Shown here piece after piece: positions 51,623 through 64,000 of a DNA stretch of 64,000 nucleotides; position 1 is the stretch's first letter, and every line of letters starts with the position of its first letter. This stretch comes from Balanoglossus misakiensis (Eukaryota; Animalia; Hemichordata). The translations under genes were made by a program, and so were the position numbers. The notes beneath the pieces are model-generated. The model was not told where the DNA came from, did no database searches, and saw nothing but the letters and a program-made list of their open reading frames with translations. The stretch spans positions 802,922 to 866,921 of the forward strand of contig CM082579.2 in assembly GCA_040954595.2 (NCBI GenBank), in the 5' to 3' direction.

Positions 51623-54600
51623 ATGGGGTCAGCACCAAGCAGCAATCAAAAATCGCCCAAGGCGAAAAGAAATGTTAACAAGAAGAAGGAACAAGCTGAA
51701 CCCAAACAAACAGACGAGGCCAGTCAAAAAAGGCATGCCTATTCTGAATTCGACGACGACGACGAAACGCCAGACACCGCGGAGATCATACAAGGGAAGA
51801 AAAAGCTTCTTAGTTTGACTGAATATCTGAAAAATGCAACAGTTGAAGAGTTGCACACACAGAGGGCGCTGGACACCCTGCTGACGGTGGACAGTGTACT
51901 CGGTGACTTCTCGTCGTATCAAAACATACCAAAAACGAAGAAATACGGAAAATACTTGGCACAGATCGGATTCCCAAAGGTTTTCGCTCTACTGTGGGAT
52001 ACACTTAGAAAATCGATTGACCGGGGGCTTGACAACAGAGAAGAAAATGTGATTTACGCCTTTGCTTTGTTTGAAGGTACGAAGACTATGATTGGAGGAC
52101 TCTGCAACCAATCAGCTCGCTTCTCGTGTGAGCTTGGCAAAGCAGGTGTCATCGAACGCCTGGTTTCAGATCTGGAGAATCCAAGACTTCAGCCCGACAA
52201 AATCAGCGAACAGAGCAGCGTCATGGAAGAGGACGCCATATACGGCATGCTTCGAAGTTCCATTATGTGCATGCACAATTCAATCAAAAATTGGCCAGAC
52301 AATAAACCTTATTTCAGAAAAGCAAATGCCGTTAATCTGCTTCACAAATACATGGTAAACTGTAAGAACCCTAGCATCCGGGCAAATTCTTTGTTTACTT
52401 TGGTTTACATCGTCACAGAGGAAGAAAATGACAGAATCAGTGCAGGCCAAGAAATTGATTTCTTTATCAAGACTTTGGAATCGGCTCTGAAAAATAGTTA
52501 TAGTCACCATATGTGTGAAGTTGGCGATTATACATTTACAGCCATGGAAATTGTGGATGGAATCATACGTCTGGCAGTGAATGACGTTAATAAGGTAAGA
52601 ACTGATTCAGAAATGTACGTGGAACGCAGCGCAACTCAGCATAACACAACACAACACAACACGACACAACACAACACAACACAACACAACACAACACAAC
52701 ACAACACAACACAAAACAACACAACACAACACAACAAATAGTGAGACCGATTATGCCAAAAAGATGCACCTTACATTGACAAACTTTGTATCTCGCTTAG
52801 TATGGGCCCAATATACATGTACGTGGCCGTAAAAATCATTCGTTGACCACCACCAACAACCGCTTTCTTGGGTTTGGATGCGTGTTGACGTGAGGCTGAC
52901 ATATACACGTTCTAATGTTCACAGAAAACTTTGGTACAGAGAGGAGTCCTTCCATTATTGGTCAAGTTACTCAAACCAGAATGCACAGAAAAAGAAAATG
53001 AACTTGCCGCGACAGCGATTTGGATGTTATCTTTCCATGACGACAACAAAGAGAGTATCAAAGCTCAGCCTGGATGTATGGCAGGTAGGAATACCTTATT
53101 TGGTCAAAAACATCATTTTCTAAAAGAAATTGAATATGCAGTGGTGATCGTCGGAATCAAACGTTTACTCCACGCTACACCTATTAAGATGACGATTTCA
53201 TTTCAGAACATAACGTATATGTTTCTAACTTCACATTGTATTACTTTTTAAAAATTAAAAAAATACGTTCAACAGACCTGAAACGTTTGAAGAAAACAGT
53301 TAATTTGGAGATACAAATAGCTTGCGAGGGTGCACTCTGGCAACTTGGCGGCATGGAAGAACAACTTGAAATGAAATCCATCATCGGAGACATCGATGAC
53401 GAAAGCGCAGGGAGAGTTGGTCACGTGATGATCAGCTACCAATGGGATTGCCAGAAGTTGACGGTGAAGTTGAAAGACAGGCTGAAAACCGCCGGCTACA
53501 AAGTGTGGATGGATGTTGAGAAAATGGGTAAGATTTTCACTCAAAGGCAGGTACAATTGTAAACAAACCGCAAGAGTCTCAGATTACACATTTCGAAACA
53601 GCTCTAGAAGATCGTTTGGTCGTGTGACTTAAACAAGTATATATGAGGGTTTCTTTCGACTGAGAGAGATGGCGCAGCGCTCACGGCAAATTGACATCCA
53701 TATCTCCTATCCTGTGTCTTGCAGCCGGTTCTACATTGGAAGCCATGGCGGAAGCCGTTGAGAACGCAGACTGTGTCCTGATATGCATGTCAGAAAAATA
53801 CAAAGACAGTCCAAGCTGCCGTACAGGTGAGTTTTGATGAAGGGAAGAAAGCTGTTGTCAGGGTAACGTGTCAAGGGATGCGTGACAGTTCAATACAGGT
53901 CTGTGTTTAACAGATAATTTGATTAACCCAATTCAGCGTTTTGGATGAGATAAATTTTGATAAATACAACGCTGATGAACTTTTGAAATTATGACTATTC
54001 ACCGGCGGCAGGGACCATGTACCACCAGTGCATGGCCTATACATACAGTGTCAGTTGGTGAGAGAAGGTTGCAGTCTACTAAATTCGATCGCTGAAAACG
54101 CTCCAACATAATACTTCGATTTTTCCATTGGTCAACAGAGGCCGAGTACACCTATAAACTGCGCAAAGACTTCATTCCCATTCGTGTACAACACGACTAC
54201 ACACCAGATGGATGGCTTGGTATATTGACCGGTACAAAATTGTATTTCGACATCGCTACAGAAATCCAATTAAATGACAATGTTGCAAAACTCATCAAAG
54301 AATTGGGAGACCGTGGCAAGGCAACCAGAAAACAAAAAGCTCCAAGTAAGCATTTCATTGAACAAAATTTCATACAGCGAATTCATAAAACGAAGAGGCA
54401 AAAACACTTCTCATGGCATTAACCAATTGTTAGGACAAATAAATGTTTGAGATGCCTTGGTCAATTTAATGGCGATACTTATACCGTGTGGAGGTCACTA
54501 AAAGTTTTGGTGTGTGTTGACATCGGGCGGAAATGCGCCATTCTTTTTCGTTATGAGAATTTTTGTCAGAACATACCATCAATTATATAATAAAAACCAG

Positions 54601-54949
54601 TACAATCTACAATTTTCTCAAATGATTTCTTGGTTATTTTCATTGCGTTTCTTAAACAGCTGCAGCAACAGAGAAACCAATGCCAGTTAACGCTGCTGCA
54701 AACCGACAAAATAATTCTCCAGTCGAATCCTGGACGACAAAAGACGTCACAAAATGGCTGGGTGGTTACGGACTGGGTCACATGACACAGCACTTCGCAG
54801 GGTATGATGGGAAAGCAGTGGTCGAAATGCGGATGATGGAAATGAGAGCGCCAGAGTTTTTTTACTCGTGTCTGAAAGAAGACATGGGTTTCAAGAAGTT
54901 GTTAGATTTGACTAAATTCACCAGAGCGCTGAGAGATGTTGATGTCTAA
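51623..54949 (+). CDS. ARM-TIR-SAM protein T2, ~660 aa, 6 coding exons, N-terminus MGSAPS
   Basis: Exons 51623-52594, 52925-53084, 53276-53527, 53725-53826, 54139-54345, 54660-54949. HVMISYQWD...CRTEAEY TIR and WTTKDVTKWL SAM. Same intron phases as T1. Confidence 0.87.
52643..52736. repeat. (ACAAC)n microsatellite in the first coding intron of T2
   Basis: Seen directly; lies after donor AAG|gtaaga at 52594. Confidence 0.93.
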
Positions 54950-56762
54950 ACAAATATAACGGTGCACATGACATGGTGCTTTTTCAAGTATTTTACCTGT
55001 ATTCGGGGTCATTTTATGACAGACGTTGTCAGCAAACCGTGCGCAGCGATTAAACTTACAGACACGGTTACCTTAACAACTCAGAAGAACATATCGCAAG
55101 TGAACTCTTTTTATCGATATGTAGAATTTGATATATATGTTAATGAGCGAAAGGGATGATAGAAAACAACGTATGCTTCAGAGATTCTGGAGACTACATG
55201 TACTTTCTTACAAAATTATCATTTATACATTTTGTTTTAACCATATATCATGAAATGGACATGTACATCTTTTCACGACTCAAGCAGCATTATTCTGGAA
55301 TAAATGTCTCAAAAGCAATTTGGGTTGGTGTGATGTTAATACATCAACAATGAAAATGATATTTACAATTAATGATACAGGTGTCCCGTGTCGGCAAGTC
55401 GGTTTGGACCAGTGTTTACCAAAAATGCCTTGTTTTGACATGTGTAAATACAATCAATCAAACGCTGCAGGTTTTCATTAAAGTTAAAAACAGAATCAGG
55501 TTTGGGTTAGAACTCAGTAATATTGAGCTTAAATTCTGATTAAACAGTTCTGTTGCGAACGCAACACAGGTGATATTTGATCGGCTTTCCTCGGGTGAAA
55601 GGTCAATTGTGTGGTCTCTCTTACTATACTGTCAAGGGGATGTAGACAGCTTTTTTGTCAGAACTTTTGTCATGTAAATATCGATCGCCATGTTAGTGCG
55701 TGCACATGACAACAACGCACTAACTTTGCAGTTGGGTTGTCACCGTCGTTAAACAGGTGAGTTTAACTTCCACGTCTTTGCCAGATTTGTTTCGCTTCTG
55801 TCACCAATGGTGATCAGAACATTTCCATTCAGCTAATTACATACCGCAATCCATTATTCTAAAACGGCCAGGTGGCAATCTACGGGTCCTTTAGAGAACT
55901 CTGGCTAGATTTTAGGACAGGGTTAACGTTAGTAAAGGTGTTCACTATTCTTTATGACAATAGCAAATCTTAAATAGGTCAGATTTGGGGGTAAATCAGG
56001 GCTGCTCCAGTTGGCTCAATAAAGAGGTAGTCGTTTTCATTTCTACATCGAACTTGTAGGTAACGGTGTGATTTGTCATATTTCAAACCGTAAACGTCCA
56101 AGGTAAATGGAACCTAATTAAACTGCTACTTGTTAGTGTGGATATTAATTCGATCATCGGCAGACGAGTATGATTCAGCACGAAAAGTTGGTGAAAGATG
56201 GCGGCACAGTTTCCAAATGTGGCCTCGGTTTACTATTGACAAGAAACAACGCAATACACAAGAAATCAATGTGTTGCGTCAGAGTGACACAGTCGTTAAG
56301 ACCTCCCAAAAGTTGGGCAACACTCATAGTGAAAACCTCCACTTTTCCACTAAGCAATTTCGCCTAAATCAAACTACATTTCCCCGACCACTGCACTCAT
56401 AACATCAACCAGGCTCGAATATTCCCCAAAATGTCTCGAGTTGGACATCGCTTTGTTACTACGTATAGTTATGTAATCTGCTAGAACCGCTATGTGTACT
56501 CTCCTGACACTGAGCCAAAGTTTATAACAAATGCATTGTTGCGTGTTAATATCAAAGGTGTACAGTCACTCGGGCAAATCTAGCTAAAGTTCCCACTGAA
56601 AATGGAGATCAAGCCAATCACAAAATGTTCACTCAGTTGGTCACACGGGAAATTGCACCACCACATTGGTCTACATGATTTGATATGTTTTTTTTTTCTC
56701 TCTGAATACATTTTAGGAAAAACGTTCGGTGATTTTGTGAAAATTCCGTGTCATCGGTCGGC

Positions 56763-59690
56763 ATGGGTTCCGCGCCAAGTAGCAGTGGCAGTGCCAAAAA
56801 AGTGACCCGGATTGAAGTTAAGGAGGTCGATGAATCAGAATTTACGTCCAACGATGACGGATCGCCTCCGAAAGTGGGCGTCGACAAACTGAATGTAAAA
56901 TTCAATGACGACGATGACACTCCGGACACACCGGAAATCACAGAAGGCAAGAAAAAACTTCTTGAATTGACAGAATATCTGAAGAATACACCAGTTGATG
57001 ACCTACATACGCAAAAAGCATTAGATACTCTACTTACTGTAGACAGCGTACTGGGTGACTTCTCGTCGTATGACAACATGCCAAAGATGAAGAAGTATGG
57101 AAAATACCTGGCGCAGATCGGATTTCCCAAGGTTTTCGCCCTGCTGTGGGATAAGTTACGAGTTCCCATCGACAAAGGACTCGACTCACACGACGAAAGG
57201 GTCATTTACGCGTTTGCCTTGTTTGAAGGTACGAAGACTATGATTGGAGGACTCTGCGACCAATCAGCTCGCTTCTCGTGTGAGCTTGGCAAAGCAGGTG
57301 TCATCGAACGGCTTGTGTCAGATCTGGAGAATCCAAGACTTCAACCTGATAAAATCAGCGAACAGAGCAGCGTCATGGAAGAGGACGCCATCTACGGCAT
57401 GCTTCGAAGTTCCATTATGTGCATGCACAATTCAATCAAAAATTGGCCAGACAATAAACCTTATTTCAGAAAAGCAAACGCCGTTAATCTGCTTCACAAA
57501 TACATGGTAAACTGTAAGAACCCTAGCATCCGGGCAAATTCTTTGTTTACTTTGGTTTACATCGTCACAGAGGAAGAAAATGACAGAATCAGTGCAGGCC
57601 AAGAAATCGATTTCTTTATCAAGACTTTGGAATCGGCTCTGAAAAATAGTTATAGTCACCATATGTGTGAAGTTGGCGATTATACATTTACAGCCATGGA
57701 AATTGTGGATGGAATCATACGTCTGGCAGCGAATGACGCTAATAAGGTGAGAGAAAGGAGAGCAAAAAGAGTGGGGAGGAGGTAGAGTGTGAATGAGATA
57801 GAAAGAGTGATTCATCTCAGTATCTAATTATCTCCTTATTTACTAACGCTTGCTTTCAGGAAACTTTGGTGGAACGGGGCATCCTTCCATTGCTGGTCAA
57901 GTTACTGAAAGAAGACTGCACTGAGAAAGAAAACGAACTGGCCGCTGTGGCTATATGGACATTGTCGTTCCATGACAAAAACAAAGACAAAATCAGAGAG
58001 GAACCTGGTTGCGTGGACGGTATGTGACCATTGTGTCTCCAAATATTTCAGTTTTAAGTTGTACTCTGAAAGTGTCACGGTGGCTTTGCAATGGCATTCG
58101 ACCACGAGTTGTTTCAGTAGTATTCAACTCCGCATTTCATCGTTCCAACAGATCTCAAACGTTTAGAGACTTCAGAAAATCAGGCTCTACAGAAAGCTTG
58201 TCAGGGAACACTGTGGCAACTGGGTGGCATGGAAGAAAAGATTGAAAAGAAATCGCTCTACGGTGACATTGACGATGACAGCCACGACATAGTTGGTCAC
58301 GTGATGATCAGCTACCAATGGGATTGTCAGAAGGCGATGGTGAAGTTGAAAGACAAGTTGAAAGCTGCAGGATTCAAAATATGGATGGATGTGGAGCAAA
58401 TGGGTAAGACTTTCAGTGCGGTTGCTGTCTTTGCGAAATTGCAGATATTATGATAATTAATGCTATTATGTTTAATTTTCACACTCGACAATTAAATTTT
58501 TATTTGAACCATAAACCATTCTCGCTTATTAACAGTCTATGATGATGAGGAACGCGATCAATATTGTAATGATTGAAAGTTTAAAGGACAAGGCTTCTTT
58601 GGCGATTGATATATTATTCAATTCCTTCTGTTAGCCTGTTTTAAAGTTTTTCTTGTGTTTAGCTGGTTCTGTTCAATTAATTCTCTGTACAAAAATCTGA
58701 TGACGTCATGGCATAAGTTTCTCCCTGTAACTTTCATTTCAGCCGGTTCAACACTGGAAGCAATGGCAGACGCCGTTGAGAACGCAGACTGTGTCCTGAT
58801 ATGTATGTCAGAAAAATACAAAGATAGTCCAAGCTGTCGTACAGGTAATTGTCTACCATATCTCTCAAGGAAGGCTACACGTATACTATAGTCTCGTTCC
58901 CTGTCGTGTATTGACGCTCCGCAAGTAACATTTGATTTTCATTGGTCAACAGAGGCCGAGTACACATATAAACTGCGGAAAGACTTCATTCCCATTCGTG
59001 TACAACAGGACTACACACCAGATGGATGGCTTGGTATCCTCGTCGGTACAAAACTCTACTTTGATTTGAGTACAGAAATCAATATCAGCGATAATGTTCC
59101 GAAAGTAATCAAAGAGTTGGGAGACCGAGGAAAGATAGCTAAAAACAAGACTGCTGCGAGTAAGTATTTCTTCTGACTGTATCACTTGAGGGCGCTCTGT
59201 AGCGGATCATGAGATTGTCATGGAGATTCTACAAGCACTGAAATCGGTCCAATTCTTCCGACCTTGAAACAAATTCTCTTTCCCAGCCTTGTCGCAGGTA
59301 CTGAGTGTACAGAGTCAGTTAGAGGCATTTTCTGAAATTTGCCTCTGATAATGTAATACAATGCAATGTTATGTGAGTAAATGTTTTCTATGTTTAACAG
59401 AACCAGCCAAGGAAACCAAAGCGGTCACTGTCACAAACACAGGCGCACAAAACTATTCATCTGTTGAGTCGTGGACGGCGAAAGACGTGTCCAAATGGTT
59501 GAACGATTACGGACTGGCCCATATGACGAAACCTTTCGCAGGGTATGATGGGAAAGCAGTGGTCGAAATGCGGATGATGGAAATGAGAGCGCCAGAGTTT
59601 TTTTACTCATGTCTGAAAGAAGACATGGGTTTCAAGAAGCTGTTAGATTTGACCAGATTCACCAGAGCCTTAAGAGAGATTGATATTTAA
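56763..59690 (+). CDS. ARM-TIR-SAM protein T3, ~664 aa, 6 coding exons, N-terminus MGSAPS
   Basis: Exons 56763-57746, 57860-58019, 58152-58403, 58743-58844, 58953-59159, 59401-59690. Exons 2-6 have the same lengths as in T2 (160/252/102/207/290 nt). Confidence 0.87.
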
Positions 59691-61312
59691 ATATTCGTCC
59701 TATCGTATTCACTGGAAATCATTTTTTTGGAAAACACGTCATTTTGGCAGGTCATACATTAACCACTTATTTACCTAATACCCCGCTTACTTATCAGTAC
59801 TGGTACTGATTTGTCAAATTTGAAACAAAATGATGAGAAATTGTCTGTGATGTGAGCTAATTAGCCAGCGCATGATGCTGATCAGCTGTGCCTCACTTGA
59901 ATGGCAATTTGAGAGCTGGCGCGGATGCGTCGTGAGTTTTATGGGTGATATGGACATACAGGAAAGTGTCGATGAATGCATACTGCTCAGGTGACATCGC
60001 CTGCTATATTGTTATGTTTTAAGTTACATTTACATTATAATATTTACACTCATCAAAGGAGAACATTTTATTGTTTTTTATTGAATGTCTTGCTGATACT
60101 TGAACTAGGATGTTCAGCGATAGTATATCATTGTATATTGTCACAACAACGCACTCTGTATCAGCTTCTACAACAGACAGTTTTGAGGTAAAGCTCGAAT
60201 TTTACAGAATGCATCACAAACTTATAGATTGATAATATTGTAGTCTATTGAATGATTAATGCATATATCCTCCATTTGTGCCCAAACCCGGATGAAAATT
60301 GATACTGCTGGCAAAATATGATGGAGCTTCCTGAACCACATTGTGCTCAAGGCGTTTATAGTCTGGTTTGTCACTTAGTTTAATGAGAAATCAGTCGTAT
60401 ATGTACATGCTAACTACCCACTTCCGTACTTGTGTATCTTTGACATTTGTGTTTTGTTGTGTATGTAATACGATTTAACGATTTACTGTGTAGTACTTTA
60501 TAAAAAACTGTTTATTGTAAAATGATACCAATTAGTTAATTTTTCATCATTCGCCAACTCGATACATATTTTCTTCTTTTCGTTTTCTTTGTTAGATCCT
60601 AACATTTGCAATTCGTCAATCAAAATGCTCAGGGATTTGATCACACGCACGCACATACACACAGAGAGAGGGGGGCACACACACATCCCCACCCCCACCC
60701 CACCCCACACAAACATAACACCCTGGCACAGTCTGTCACTCACCAGGATTTCTACAAAAGACCATCTCTCTCCGTGCTAGTGTGAAAACAATGAGATTTC
60801 TTGGGATGACTAAAATTGCTAGAATAGTAGACAGTTATACTATTGCAGTGAATCTTTGTAATGTTAATCTCTCAAATTGAAACATGGGCCAAACAAACTT
60901 GAAATCTGAATAAATATTAACATAGTTACGTGGTCTATCGGTTGCCCTATCTGGTTGCCCTATCTGTTTACTTGTTTGCTCAAATGAAACAGCGAAGCCA
61001 TTGAAACGTACCACGATACGTAAAATGCCAACCCCATCTTATGCATTTTTGGACCAAAGTAAGCTGATATGTTTGCGTTTTTCTCATCGATACTATCAAC
61101 CCCGGCGGCTTGGTGATGTCTGTTGTTGAGAGAAACACAATGCAAATTTCAAACGTGTTCTCAAAGTATCAGAAAGCCCAGATTTTCTTGTTGTATGATC
61201 TTTATATCGCGAATCTCGAAAATCACTTTCCCTGTCAACGTGAATTGAGACGATTTACGGATTACTAGTATCCGTTAAAGTATGTTACAGCCTTCTCTGT
61301 CTGGTAGTCGGC

Positions 61313-61369
<57 letters not shown>
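61313..61369. repeat. (CTGT)n microsatellite
   Basis: About 14 units seen directly. Confidence 0.93.
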
Positions 61370-63720
61370 GACTGCTAACTATCTCTTGTATAAGAACATA
61401 GTTAAGCGGAAGACTACACGATTCTGAAAACGAAAGGTATATGTGAGAGATGGCAAAAAGGTTTAATACGTCACGCTCTTAGTGAAAGGTTTTATCAAAT
61501 TCAAGATTATTAACCCCCTTCAAAATCCTCAGCAGCACAGAACTTCTCTATATTCGATGGACTGAATTGAACGCTGTGTACGTACAATGTATTTGTCTTT
61601 TTTTACTGTTTATAAAATTGTGTGCAATATGTTGACTTGAATTCATGTACAGCGCACTGAGATGTACTGTAGTGCGCTATTAAAAAGGAAATGATAAATA
61701 TTAATAAAAATAAATAATTCGCGAAAAGCAAGGACACCGTGACTGAAAAAGCGTCAAACCAGCTCCATAAAATTGGCAATTTGGCACACATAAAAGGAAG
61801 CGTTCACGTTTAACATTCATTCCAGGTATCGATCTTGCTTGCAGTAAAGCAGCCCGATAAAAAGCCAAAATATCGATCATATATTTAGTGAATGTTTTCA
61901 ATTTGATGAAAGTACTGAATCTTCTCTAACTTCAGCTGCCGAATTTGTAGCTTCAGAGAGGATAAACAAAACCACAGAAACAGCTATGGTCTGAAGCTAA
62001 ATAATAAGGTGTGTGGAACAAAGTATTTGCTGTAAAACGTGTGACCATATAACTGTCGAAATTTAAGTGACGGTGTTACGTAACGCAGTATGTGGGACCC
62101 TTTTGTTATGCAAATGATGGATCTCTGTGGTGGCCAACCCTCCAAGGCTTGAGAGTGTGTACCAGTACGAGTAAACAAAGTGAAGTCGAGAACCAACATA
62201 CATCACAATTTGGAAGATGGACTCTACTTCTTGAGTAAGTACAGACTCGAAGTTTTCATGATTTTAACATGGTAGCAGGGATTGAAAAGCTACAAACGTT
62301 TTCTTTTTTTTACAATAATGTGCTTTGTGAGGCACATGTCGTCATGGTCGTGCGACTAACATAATCTCCGGCGTTCGACAACTTAAAATGTACGCCATCG
62401 TCCGATCCATGATGTCGGCAGTATTGTGTTCAAGTGACAATACATTCTCCCTTAAACTTTTGGTAGTAATCTTACTCGTCATGATATACATGTAAGTGTA
62501 TTTCACAAACTAAACCACATAGTGGCCTATTTAGCGTTGATTCTACAGCCAATGGCACGCGATATTTCAGGAAGCGATGTATCAGGCTAAAAGTTTTTTT
62601 TTTTGCCAACATGTAGTTCATAATGGCGTCTTTGGTACCAAAAGTTTATGATCATGCTGTGGTTCCTGCGACAGCGAAACCTACGGTAAAATTGACATCT
62701 TCGGTTTCAGATAACTAAAAGTTCTACAGTATTGCCGAATAAAACATTAGCTCATATTTTACAGGCATAAAACAATAGTCCTGTTACGTCGGTACGTTTG
62801 GTTTTGAGTGGGAATCGCTGTCATAACAGTGTATAGGCTTAAGCCGGGGACGAATCCTTAACAATGGTTATTGATCGTCTTCTCTATTCATTTGTGGCTC
62901 GTTTTTTGGTGTGCCTCCCGTTAGCGTTACAGCAGAACAAGCTCATCTCTTTTGATATGTATATCTCTTCTCCCGCCTTCAGGGTTTAAATCTCAGAGGG
63001 GGTAAAGAATTACAAAGTATTACGGTGAAACCGTTATTCCAACCACTGAATACACACGCGGTTGCAGTCTCAACCTGGAAATCTATTATTTACATTGGTT
63101 CTTCATAAAGTGAATAACTCGTGTAACTAAAAAAACCCTTGGGCGATGAAATAGTTTAAGTTGGCCTAGGGTTAATATCGAAACCATTCTCTTACACAAA
63201 TCAAAAACCTGCCAATATTCATGTCCTTGGGAGTTAGGACTGTAGTTAATGTAAATCCCTGTTAACTGACCCTGGTAACGAAGGTATGATACTTTCAAAA
63301 ATATTTCTGTGACTCATCTCATAGGAAAAACATAGTCAAACGATTATGTCGATCTCTACGCTTCGACACACTGGCGTGTTATACGTATAGCTAAAATGTA
63401 CTACTAATATGTAGTTTGTAATCGAGCAAGTGAGTATACATGGACTGTATGTTGTGAAGCTTAGAGTCCAAGCCAGGTTGTTTAATGCTTTATATCCTAA
63501 TTTTTGTTTTCATGGACGTGCTCTTGATTTCACAGTTGTTTGGTGTTTTGAAGTCATTCTCTGGATAGTTTGATTATACGATGAACGCCTACACGTCACA
63601 TCACAGATAAGCATTCCGCGTGTACAATATGGGACAAGCAATTATTTGAGGCATCCATGTTATTCACCTGTATTTCTTTATCCTCAACAGATGCGATGTT
63701 TGCTTTTCGTTGATGTAACA

Positions 63721-64000
63721 ATGGGAGGTTCACAAAGCAAACCTTCGTCCCCGTTGATGCTACCTTATGCCAACGGTACTTTGCCGAACGGAAGAGCCAA
63801 CACCAGTACTTCCTCTCAAAGATCGAGGAGCGATGAACCACCTGACGAAGAAGAGATCAAGGAAGGAAAAACAGCCCTATCCAAAGTCGTTAGATACTTA
63901 GAAAAGAAGAACGCCAGTGAGTTAGGCACGAGTGAAACACTGCACATGGTGATGGAACTCGACACGCCATTCGGAGACCTTCCGTCCAGTCAAGAAACAG
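63721..64000 (+). CDS. Probable fourth ARM-TIR-SAM paralog T4, 5' part only (runs off the window; absent from the ORF track)
   Basis: Open to the window end: MGGSQSK...PDEEEIKEGKTALSKVVRYL...LDTPFGDLPS aligns with T2/T3 PDT.EI..GKKKLL.LTEYL...VDSVLGDFSS. Acceptor tcctcaacag at 63690. TIR and SAM domains are not visible in this window. Confidence 0.72.
   Translation, partial: MGGSQSKPSSPLMLPYANGTLPNGRANTSTSSQRSRSDEPPDEEEIKEGKTALSKVVRYLEKKNASELGTSETLHMVMELDTPFGDLPSSQET

Noticed and set aside
52595-52741. QHNTT-repeat C-terminus of the 372-aa ORF
   Set aside because: It is read-through into the intron past the conserved AAG|gt donor shared with T1 and T3.
56633-57205. 190-aa antisense ORF and similar shadow ORFs over the GT and TIR genes
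   Set aside because: They lie opposite well-supported coding exons and show no independent protein features.
32692-59690. Fragmented sialyltransferase and TIR ORFs as pseudogenes
   Set aside because: All fragments splice in frame with canonical sites and without internal stops.
47086-59690. Calling T1-T3 SARM1 orthologs
   Set aside because: The domain order differs, there is a single C-terminal SAM, the TIR motifs (HVMISYQWD) differ from SARM1, and the N-terminus is of the myristoylation type.
1-64000. Prokaryotic TIR defence island, CRISPR array, rRNA/tRNA or transposase
   Set aside because: The genes have spliceosomal introns with conserved phases. The repeats are microsatellites without spacers. 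I recognised no RNA gene or mobile-element ORF.

Overview
This window is eukaryotic (animal) genomic DNA with GT-AG spliceosomal introns and microsatellites. The intron-containing GT29 sialyltransferases and expanded TIR genes suggest an invertebrate deuterostome (inference). Splicing the ORF fragments by hand gives three tandem gene arrays around one single-copy gene. (1) 0.8-11.9 kb, + strand: three intronless type II membrane glycosyltransferases, each with two GT32-like (alpha-1,4-glycosyltransferase, DxD) domains and uneven loss of catalytic motifs. (2) 13.2-32.5 kb, - strand: one six-exon TMEM272-like gene with four PPxY motifs and a 13.5 kb first intron. (3) 32.7-45.7 kb, - strand: four 4-exon ST6GalNAc-III/IV/V/VI-type sialyltransferases. 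(4) 47.1-64 kb, + strand: three complete genes and one truncated gene. The complete ones encode proteins with an N-myristoylation motif, ARM-like repeats, a TIR domain retaining the catalytic-position Glu, and a C-terminal SAM domain, i.e. SARM1-like parts in a different order. The ARM-TIR-SAM array and the double-GT32 array are the best candidates for undescribed systems. Exon coordinates were read by eye from splice signals and frame continuity. No database searches were run.
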